Shown one piece after another: positions 18,371 through 25,683 of a stretch of 32,000 bases of DNA; position 1 is the first letter of the stretch, and each line of letters opens with the position of its first letter. The DNA is from Candidatus Saccharimonadota bacterium (lineage in GTDB: Bacteria > Patescibacteriota > Gracilibacteria > UBA4473), in NCBI GenBank assembly GCA_963677105.1, contig OY781871.1, positions 60,001 through 92,000 on the forward strand, given 5' to 3'. The position numbers and the translations under genes are program-made. The notes under the pieces were generated by a model, which made no database searches, was not told where the DNA came from, and saw only the letters and a list, made by a program, of their open reading frames with translations.

Positions 18371-18919
18371 TTATAATTTAAATATTCGAATCCATTTATC
18401 TAAAACATCTTCCTGTCGATCTTCTAGTTCTTCAATACCAAATGTGGCTAAATGTTCTCGAAAAAAATCTGGCTCTAAATTCCCCATTTGCAAAGATAAT
18501 GTTGTTTTATTTCTTCCTCGTAATTCAATTTTTAATATTTCAACTCCTTCTTCATATACAAACCAAAAACCCATAATATTTTCTTTCAAAATATATTTTT
18601 TTTCTCCTATCAAAATTGCTTTTTCAAAAACAGTCGTATCATGCAATTCGTTTCCATTTCGATGAGTCCAAAAATACACCGCTGCAGCAATAAAAAATGT
18701 AAGCGACATAAGCCATCCCCATTTGGGATCACTTAATGCTGACCAAGTTGCACCACCAAATAAAACTCCACAAAACAAAACATACCATAACCAACCGCGA
18801 TGATTCGGCTGATGATCAAACGCTCTCCATGCAAACACTGGTTTGCCCGGATCAAATGGTTGATTTTTCAATGATTTTGAATTCATTTTTTTTAGAGAAA
18901 TTTCCCGCGAGTATACCAT
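18371..18919 (-). CDS. Small membrane protein (182 aa) with two TM helices and a C-terminal soluble beta-rich domain
   Basis: The TM helices are GWLWYVLFCGVLFGGATWSAL and WGWLMSLTFFIAAAVYFW. They are followed by AILIGEKKYILKENIMGFWFVYEEGVEILKIELRG. The ATG is at 18917-18919. Confidence 0.75.
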   Translation of the reverse strand: MVYSREISLKKMNSKSLKNQPFDPGKPVFAWRAFDHQPNHRGWLWYVLFCGVLFGGATWSALSDPKWGWLMSLTFFIAAAVYFWTHRNGNELHDTTVFEKAILIGEKKYILKENIMGFWFVYEEGVEILKIELRGRNKTTLSLQMGNLEPDFFREHLATFGIEELEDRQEDVLDKWIRIFKL

Positions 18920-18934
18920 AATGAACGAGTTTTT

Positions 18935-18950
18935 ACAACTAAAAAGTTGT
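18935..18950 (-). other. Perfect 6-bp stem / 4-nt loop hairpin in the 33-nt spacer between the nucleotidyltransferase gene and the 182-aa gene
   Basis: The plus strand reads ACAACT aaaa AGTTGT. No T-run follows on either strand, so this is not a classical terminator. Confidence 0.3.
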
Positions 18951-18952
18951 CT

Positions 18953-19912
18953 CTAAGTTAGAGAAACCTTTCCTTCAAACTTCACTCCAGCTCGTACCAA
19001 CTTTTGACTTAAATCCAATCCTTGAAGCTCACAATTTTCATCAATTACGGAGGTGGCCACATGACAATCTCGTAAAATTGTTCCTGGATAAACGATTACA
19101 TCATGTAACGTACAATTTTCAACAAGAGAATTTTCTCCTAAAAACACTCGACCAGAAAATTTACAATGTTTATCTTTTGCATTTTCCCCTTTAACAACAG
19201 GTTTCGTTTGTAACGATTTATGCGCTCCTAAATACGTCTCAAAACTTCCAATATCAAACCATTCTCCTCCTACTTTTAATCCGGAAACAGGAATTCCTTG
19301 CTTTAATAATTCTGGGAAAATTCCTCCAAGCGCATCTGGTGATTTTTTCGCATATTCATGTAAAACCGGAAGTATTTGCTTTCCCAACGCTAAAAATCCA
19401 GTAGAAACAATGTCCGATTTTGGTTTCTCTGGCTTTTCCTCAAATCCAATGACCGTTTCTCCAGACAATTCTACAACACCAAATTTTCGTGCTTCATCTC
19501 TGTTTTTCACTTGTCGTAATGCAATTCGTGCTGAATCTGAAGCGCAAGTAAGATCGGATATTTGTAATTCTGGAAGTAAATTATCACCCGCTAAAATGAG
19601 TAAATCATCATTAATATTTAATTCTCGACACGCAACCGAAATTGCACCCAACGCTCCTAGCTTTTCCCCATCCGAATGTGCATCTTCACAAAAAATTTCA
19701 ACATTCTCTCTTCCCAGTTTTTTTAATTCCGTCCGAAAAGCTGTTTCAAATTTTTTATTAGTTAATAATGCAACGTCTGAATCTAATGGAATTCTGTCTA
19801 AAAGATGTGCCAAAATTGTTTTTCCAGCCAGCAATAATAATGGTTTCGCGTGCTTTTCTGACAAAGGCCATAATCGCGTCGCAAATCCACCTGCCAAAAT
19901 AAGAATTTTCAT
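18953..19912 (-). CDS. Sugar-phosphate nucleotidyltransferase with a C-terminal left-handed beta-helix (NTP_transferase family, 319 aa)
   Basis: The protein begins MKILILAGGFATRLWPLSEKHAKPLLLLAGK, which contains the G-x-G-x-R-L-x-P-L signature. The C-terminal hexapeptide-like region is GENSLVENCTLHDVIVYPGTILRDCHVATSVIDENCEL. The start was moved to the ATG at 19910-19912, which forms an ATGA overlap with the dnaE stop. Confidence 0.85.
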   Translation of the reverse strand: MKILILAGGFATRLWPLSEKHAKPLLLLAGKTILAHLLDRIPLDSDVALLTNKKFETAFRTELKKLGRENVEIFCEDAHSDGEKLGALGAISVACRELNINDDLLILAGDNLLPELQISDLTCASDSARIALRQVKNRDEARKFGVVELSGETVIGFEEKPEKPKSDIVSTGFLALGKQILPVLHEYAKKSPDALGGIFPELLKQGIPVSGLKVGGEWFDIGSFETYLGAHKSLQTKPVVKGENAKDKHCKFSGRVFLGENSLVENCTLHDVIVYPGTILRDCHVATSVIDENCELQGLDLSQKLVRAGVKFEGKVSLT

Positions 19913-22900
19913 TTTTTTTCGGTAAAAACGGACTTCAATTCTGATTCTAAATGAGCAGAAACGTCTACTAAAAATGGAACTTTTACCGTGTTTTCTTTGA
20001 ATTTCAAAACGCATTCTCGTGCATATCCAGCTTCTGATTTTCGTTCTTTAATAAGTTTCTTCACCCGTTCTACTTGTCCAGTAGTTGCAGAAGAGGGAAT
20101 TACAAACTCAAATGGCGTTGTTTCACTTTTTTCATCCGCATCAGCAAACACATGTACTGCTTGAATTTTTGCTAAATCGCCAACACGAATTTCTTCAGCA
20201 ATACAATTAAATGCTCCATCTCGTTCTTCTATTTTTCCGCGAATTCGCACAAACGCATCTACTTCAAATACAGCTGATGGAGTTTTATCGAAAATCATTG
20301 GAAACACCGCTAACTCCATTTTCCCACTTGTATCCTCTATTGTTAAAACCGCCATATTTTTTCCACGACGCGTTAAAATCTTGCGAACGTCCGTGACCAA
20401 TCCGTGAATCACAACTTGCTGACCCAAATCTTCTTCTGAAAAAGAATGAATCAATCGTCCAAATTTCTCAAAATATCGAGACATTCCTTTCAACGGATGT
20501 TCTGAAACATATAATCCTAATGATTCTCGTTCCCATCGCAAAATATCATCTTTCGTTGCTTCTCCATCACGTAAAGTAAATTTAACGGCTGTAGCATCTG
20601 TTCCTCCAAAAAGCCCCATTTGTCCTGCTTCTTTTTTATCCTGAAATTCTCGCGCAAAATTTGATAAATCATCCAATGAATCTACAACTGCTTTTCTATT
20701 TCCAAAAAGATCAAATGCTCCCGAAAATCCCAACGCTTCTAATGTTTTTTTGTTTACTAATTTTGCAGGAACACGCTCCGCAAAGTTTTGTAATGAAGTA
20801 AATTCTCCTCCTGTATTTCTCTCTGCCATAATCTGATCTACTGTTTCTTCTCCCAATCCTTTGATAGCAGAAAGACCAAATCGAATTTTCTTTGGTTCAA
20901 TATTTCCTTCTAAGTCAGGCTGATCAGAAGTAATAACTGTGAAATGGGAACCAGATTCATTTACTGATGGTGGCAATATTTCAATGTTCATCGAATTACA
21001 TTCATTCATTTCCATCACAATTCGATCTGTATTATTTCGATCAGTGGTCATCATCGCTGCCATAAATTCTTCTGGATAATGCGCTCGCAAATATGCCGTT
21101 TCATACGCGATTCGTGCATAACACACAGCATGAGATCGATTAAAACCATATCCAGCAAATGGAACAATAATGTCATCAAACATTTTTTCTGCTGTCTTCT
21201 TTTCTCGTTTCATTTTTTCCGCACCTTCCAAAAACTTAACTCGTTGTTCTTCCAATAGTTTTATTTTTTTCTTTCCAATTGCTTTTCGCAAAATATCGGC
21301 TTGTCCAAGAGTAAATCCGGCAAAATCCTGTGCAATACGCATAATTTGCTCTTGATACACCGCAATTCCATATGTTTTTTTCAAAATTGGTTCTAGCACT
21401 GGATCTAGAAATTCTACCGATTCTGTTCCATGTTTTCCTGCAATATATGTTGGAATATACTCCATCGGTCCAGGACGATATAAAGCATTCATTGCAACTA
21501 AATCCTCAAATTCTGTTGGTTTTAGCTCTTTTAAATATCGTCGCATTCCAGATGATTCAAACTGGAAAACTCCCGTAGTCTCCCCTGCTGCAAACACTTT
21601 TTCAAACGTTAATGCATCATCAATTGGAATTTGAGATAAATCTATTTCTTCTCCACAATTTTGTTTTATATGTTGAATCGTACGTTCTAAAATGGAAAGA
21701 TTTCTCAATCCCAAAAAGTCCATTTTCAAAAGTCCAATTGATTCCAATTGTTGATATGGAAACTGTGTGATTTTTATAGCATCTGCTCCTGGCGCCCATT
21801 GTAACGGTGAATTCTCACGTAAATCTTCATGTCCAATAATCACTGCACATGCGTGAACTCCTACATGTCGAACACATCCTTCTAGTTTTTTCGCAACATC
21901 AAATACTTTTTTTAACGACGGATTTGCGTCTAATTTTGCTTTAAAATCCGGAAAATCTAATGCATCATCAAGCGTTAATCCTGGCTTTGTTGGCAAGAGT
22001 TTTGTAAATGCATTCATATCTGAATACGGAACTCCCTGAGCTCTTCCAACATCTTTTATTGCTGCTTTTGCGGCTAATGTTCCAAATGTACATACTTTTG
22101 AAACTTTTTCTACTCCATATTTTTCTGTTACGTATTGCAATACTTCATGTCGTCTTTCATCTGAAAAATCGATATCGATATCAGGCATAGAAATACGTTC
22201 TGGATTCAAAAATCGTTCAAAAAGAAGTTCGTATTCTAGTGGATCAATCGTTGTAATTTGAAGCAAAAATGAAACAAGCGATCCAGCAGCAGAACCTCGT
22301 CCAGGACCAACCGCAATTCCATTTTCTCGAGCAAAATTTATAAAATCTTGTACGATCAAAAAGTACGCTTCAAATCCCATGCTCCCAATAATTTCAAGTT
22401 CATAATCTAATCGATCTTGAATCACTGTTTTATATTTCGCATCAGCGTCTGGATATAATTTTGAAATCATTTTTTCGCAATTATTCCGTAAATGAGACGC
22501 TTCAGTTTCCCCTTCTGGAACTTCAAAATTTGGTAACAAGCTTTGATTAAATTCTAATTCCAAATCTATTAAATCTGCTACAGCTAATGTATTTTTTCGT
22601 GACTGTTCTAAAACTTCTGCCGGAACATTTAAAAGATCATTACAAATTTCTTCCCAACTTTTAAACCAGTTTCGTTCTGCAAACTTAAATCTTCCTGGAT
22701 CATTTACTTGTTGATTTTTTCCTATACAAACTAACGTGTCACAAGCTTCTTCATCAGACGCAAGTGCGTATCTCGCATCAGAAGATGCTACTGTCAACGT
22801 TCCAGTTTTTTCAGCAAGTCGAACGAGAAAGGCGTTTAATTCTTGTTGTTCTGGATAATCACGCGCTATAAATTCTAAATACACATTCTCTTTCCCAAAT

Positions 22901-23403
22901 ACATTTTGTATTTTTTCTAATACCTTTTGTGATTGAATTTCTCCAAAATCTCGAAAAGCTCTTCCAATAAGTCCTCCTGTACCACTTGATAAAACTAAAA
23001 GTCCTTCTGAGTGTGATTGTAATAACTCCCAATCTACACGAGGTTTGTAATACATACCTTCGAGTGACGCTTGAGAAATTAAAAACAAAAGATTTTTCCA
23101 ACCAATTGAGTTTTTTGCCAACAAAACAATGTGTCCTTCTCTACCATCAATCCCGGCTCGTTTTTCAAAACGAGAATCTGTGGCAACTGCAATTTCTACT
23201 CCTAAAATCGGCTTCACTCTTGTTCCTTTTGCTTTTTGAAAAAACTCAACAAGTCCATATCCTGCGCTTACATCTGTCAATGCTACTGCTGGACAACCTA
23301 ATTTTTCTGCACTCTCTAAAACTCTTTCTGGAGACATCGCTGCTTCTAGAATTGAGTACCACGAATGAGTGTGGAGATTTACAAAATTTGTGTCGGGGGT
23401 CAT
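19909..23403 (-). CDS. dnaE: DNA polymerase III alpha subunit
   Basis: PHP domain FVNLHTHSWYSILEAA, GPGRGSAAGSLVSFLLQITTIDPL, catalytic MPDIDIDF and FNRSHAVCYARIAYETAYLRAHYP. The length is 1164 aa. Confidence 0.97.
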   Translation of the reverse strand: MTPDTNFVNLHTHSWYSILEAAMSPERVLESAEKLGCPAVALTDVSAGYGLVEFFQKAKGTRVKPILGVEIAVATDSRFEKRAGIDGREGHIVLLAKNSIGWKNLLFLISQASLEGMYYKPRVDWELLQSHSEGLLVLSSGTGGLIGRAFRDFGEIQSQKVLEKIQNVFGKENVYLEFIARDYPEQQELNAFLVRLAEKTGTLTVASSDARYALASDEEACDTLVCIGKNQQVNDPGRFKFAERNWFKSWEEICNDLLNVPAEVLEQSRKNTLAVADLIDLELEFNQSLLPNFEVPEGETEASHLRNNCEKMISKLYPDADAKYKTVIQDRLDYELEIIGSMGFEAYFLIVQDFINFARENGIAVGPGRGSAAGSLVSFLLQITTIDPLEYELLFERFLNPERISMPDIDIDFSDERRHEVLQYVTEKYGVEKVSKVCTFGTLAAKAAIKDVGRAQGVPYSDMNAFTKLLPTKPGLTLDDALDFPDFKAKLDANPSLKKVFDVAKKLEGCVRHVGVHACAVIIGHEDLRENSPLQWAPGADAIKITQFPYQQLESIGLLKMDFLGLRNLSILERTIQHIKQNCGEEIDLSQIPIDDALTFEKVFAAGETTGVFQFESSGMRRYLKELKPTEFEDLVAMNALYRPGPMEYIPTYIAGKHGTESVEFLDPVLEPILKKTYGIAVYQEQIMRIAQDFAGFTLGQADILRKAIGKKKIKLLEEQRVKFLEGAEKMKREKKTAEKMFDDIIVPFAGYGFNRSHAVCYARIAYETAYLRAHYPEEFMAAMMTTDRNNTDRIVMEMNECNSMNIEILPPSVNESGSHFTVITSDQPDLEGNIEPKKIRFGLSAIKGLGEETVDQIMAERNTGGEFTSLQNFAERVPAKLVNKKTLEALGFSGAFDLFGNRKAVVDSLDDLSNFAREFQDKKEAGQMGLFGGTDATAVKFTLRDGEATKDDILRWERESLGLYVSEHPLKGMSRYFEKFGRLIHSFSEEDLGQQVVIHGLVTDVRKILTRRGKNMAVLTIEDTSGKMELAVFPMIFDKTPSAVFEVDAFVRIRGKIEERDGAFNCIAEEIRVGDLAKIQAVHVFADADEKSETTPFEFVIPSSATTGQVERVKKLIKERKSEAGYARECVLKFKENTVKVPFLVDVSAHLESELKSVFTEKK

Positions 23404-23428
23404 TGCTTAAAGTGTACCGAAAAGAGAT

Positions 23429-23477
23429 CAAAGTGCAAAGTTCAAAGTGCAAAGTTCAAAGTGCAAAGAACAAATCA
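23429..23477. repeat. Heptanucleotide tandem array (CAAAGTG CAAAGTT)x2.5 plus two decayed units, 26-75 nt upstream of the dnaE ATG
   Basis: Read directly: CAAAGTG CAAAGTT CAAAGTG CAAAGTT CAAAGTG CAAAGAA CAAATCA. Confidence 0.9.
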
Positions 23478-23591
23478 AATAAATGTCTTTTTCAATAGAT
23501 TCACAAAGCTTTCGTCAAAACAACTCAATAAAAAGTTATTTGTACTTTGTAGTTTCATTTTTTATATTTGGAGAATAGAAAATCTGTTTGA

Positions 23592-24659
23592 CTACTTTAC
23601 TCCGTTCGCAATCAAAATTGCTCGCAATTGTTCAGGGTCTGACGCATATTCTTTTGCAACTTCTGGTGTTATTTGTTGTGCAATAACTAATCCCGCTAAA
23701 GATTGCTCTAATTGAACCATTTCTCCAGACGAATCTGTTTGTAATGCACTTGGAATTTGGAATATTTTATTTTGACGAATATAATTCTGAATTGCGTAAT
23801 TATTTGTCAAAACTTCATACGCTAAAACAAGTTTTCCATCAATTGTTGGAACGAGTCGTTGAGCAACAATCATTTTTAAAGCTGTTGCAAGTTGAGAACG
23901 AACTTGTTCTTGTTGTTCTGGAGGAAACACATCGATAATACGACTAATTGTTTGAGGACAATCACTTGTATGAAGTGTAGAAAAAACAGTATGACCTGTT
24001 TCTGCCATTGTTAATGCCGCAGAAATTGTTTCATAATCACGCATTTCTCCAACCATCAAAATATCTGGATCTTCGCGAAGTGCTGCTCGAATTCCTGAAC
24101 GAAAATCTACCACATCTCGTCCTACTTCACGTTGCTGAATAACAGATTGTCCCGCTGGTAATATGTATTCAATTGGATCTTCAATGGTAATAACATGTTG
24201 CGGTTTATCAGTTACTAAATATTGCAAAATAGATGCTAATGTTGTTGATTTTCCTTCTCCTGTCGCTCCAACAATAAGAACGAATCCATTTCTTAGTGCT
24301 TTAATCTTTTCAATTACGAATTCTGGAAATCCAAGTGTATCAAGTTGACGAATTTCTTGTGCAATAATTCGTAATACAACCGAAAGTCCATCTTCTTGAA
24401 AAAAGGCATTTCCTCGAAGTCGAACTCCTGATGCGCTTTTCATAATAAAATCTGTCTGACGATTTTCTTGCAATTGTTGTTTTTGTTTCTCTGGCAAAAT
24501 CTGCATCAAATAATCTTGTAAAAATTCCGCTGTAACAGCTTCTTCTCCTTGTGGAATAATTTGTCCCGAAATACGAAAATGAGGAATTATTCCTGCAGAA
24601 AGATGTATATCTGATGCCCCTTGAGACACAGCTCCTGTAACGAGTTGTTCAATGTCCAT
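23592..24659 (-). CDS. pilT: Type IV pilus retraction ATPase PilT
   Basis: GASDIHLSAG at the N-terminus, Walker A GATGEGKSTT, Walker B DILMVGEMRD, His box GHTVFSTLHT, and the PilT-specific AIRNLIRE-like motif YAIQNYIRQNKIFQIPS. Confidence 0.92.
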   Translation of the reverse strand: MDIEQLVTGAVSQGASDIHLSAGIIPHFRISGQIIPQGEEAVTAEFLQDYLMQILPEKQKQQLQENRQTDFIMKSASGVRLRGNAFFQEDGLSVVLRIIAQEIRQLDTLGFPEFVIEKIKALRNGFVLIVGATGEGKSTTLASILQYLVTDKPQHVITIEDPIEYILPAGQSVIQQREVGRDVVDFRSGIRAALREDPDILMVGEMRDYETISAALTMAETGHTVFSTLHTSDCPQTISRIIDVFPPEQQEQVRSQLATALKMIVAQRLVPTIDGKLVLAYEVLTNNYAIQNYIRQNKIFQIPSALQTDSSGEMVQLEQSLAGLVIAQQITPEVAKEYASDPEQLRAILIANGVK

Positions 24660-24708
24660 TCTTAAAAATTAGTATTTGTTTGTATATAAATGTTACACAA
24701 ATCGGGTG

Positions 24709-24737
24709 ATTATACCAAATTATGAAAATTATTTCAA
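24709..24737 (-). promoter_or_regulatory. Strong sigma70-like promoter for pilT
   Basis: On the minus strand, TTGAAA (24732-24737) is followed by a 17-nt spacer and TGgTATAAT (TATAAT at 24709-24714, with the TG extension), about 50 nt upstream of the pilT ATG. Confidence 0.5.
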
Positions 24738-24765
24738 CTTCTCAAATACACGAAAAACTTCTTAT

Positions 24766-25560
24766 TTATATTTTTTCTACAGGAGAAAATCCCTTTTCAA
24801 TAAAAACTTGTCTTATACGTTCTGCAAATTCTGCTGCCGTTTCTTCTACTCCAACCGTTAATGGAGGTTGAATATCAATAGAAAATTTTGTACTTCCTGA
24901 GCGACAAAATCCTTTTAATATTACTGGAACTACTTGTGTATCATTATCTTTTGCTATGTGAAAAATACCTTTTCCCATTGGACCAATGTTTATTACTTCA
25001 TTATTTTCTTTTTCTCCAAAAAATCTCCCTTCAGGACAGAGTAAAATATTTTTCCCACTTTCTAATACTCTCTTCACTTCTTGATTTAATAATTCTCGTT
25101 TTTCAGGAGTCATGCGATAATTTTTTCTTTCTACCGGAATCTGTCCTCCAGCTTCAACTATGTATTTCATTAAAGAATTGTCTGCAGAAAAAAGAATCTG
25201 AGATTCTGTTTCACTTAATTGAGAAATTCTTCGAGCAGTTTCTAATAAGTAATACGGAATTGCATAATTAAAAATCAAATTTTTTGGTAATACAAAATAT
25301 TTCTCTGAATGCGTTGCATGATTACATGCATAAATAACGTTTTCTTGAGGAATATTTTCTTGTCCTGTTACCGTCATCTGTATTTCTGAAGAATCAAAAA
25401 TCTCACTACATAATTCCGTTATCAATCCTGATATATCTTTTTTCCCTAAAAGAATGGTTGCAATCATTCTTCGAACATATTTCTTTGTGAGTGCTTGAAC
25501 ACGACTAATTTCCTTCGTTTCTTCTGAAGAAAATTCTTTGAATCCTTTTTCCATATTCAT
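24766..25560 (-). CDS. Putative lysophospholipid (1-acyl-sn-glycerol-3-phosphate) acyltransferase, PlsC/LPLAT family
   Basis: The acyltransferase motif blocks are present: NHATHSE (H-x4-E in place of H-x4-D), LLCPEGRFFG (PEG block) and VVPVILKGF. Confidence 0.55.
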   Translation of the reverse strand: MNMEKGFKEFSSEETKEISRVQALTKKYVRRMIATILLGKKDISGLITELCSEIFDSSEIQMTVTGQENIPQENVIYACNHATHSEKYFVLPKNLIFNYAIPYYLLETARRISQLSETESQILFSADNSLMKYIVEAGGQIPVERKNYRMTPEKRELLNQEVKRVLESGKNILLCPEGRFFGEKENNEVINIGPMGKGIFHIAKDNDTQVVPVILKGFCRSGSTKFSIDIQPPLTVGVEETAAEFAERIRQVFIEKGFSPVEKI

Positions 25561-25633
25561 TACGTCTATAAAACCGAATATCTTTTAACATAAAAAATAA
25601 CTCTAGTCAAAAGAGATCTTTATACATTCGTCC

Positions 25634-25661
25634 TTGCATGTTTTACTCTATCTATTAGAAT
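25634..25661 (+). promoter_or_regulatory. Candidate secA promoter
   Basis: TTGCAT (25634-25639) is followed by a 16-nt spacer and TAGAAT (25656-25661), 22 nt before the secA ATG. The -35 element is weak. Confidence 0.3.
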
Positions 25662-25683
25662 TCCGACGAAATATTAAAATATT

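Noticed and set aside
19913-20014. 34-aa N-terminal extension of the nucleotidyltransferase ORF.
   Set aside because: It overlaps the 3' end of dnaE by about 100 nt and is Arg/Phe-rich nonsense. The conserved MKILILAGG start coincides with an ATGA overlap at the dnaE stop.
23429-23477. The tandem repeat as a CRISPR array.
   Set aside because: The units are 7 bp with no spacers, and no cas genes are present in the window.
22986-23715. + strand ORFs of 170 aa and 116 aa containing KCKVQSAKFKVQ.
   Set aside because: They are antisense to dnaE and pilT. The odd peptide is only the translation of the heptanucleotide tandem repeat in the intergenic region.
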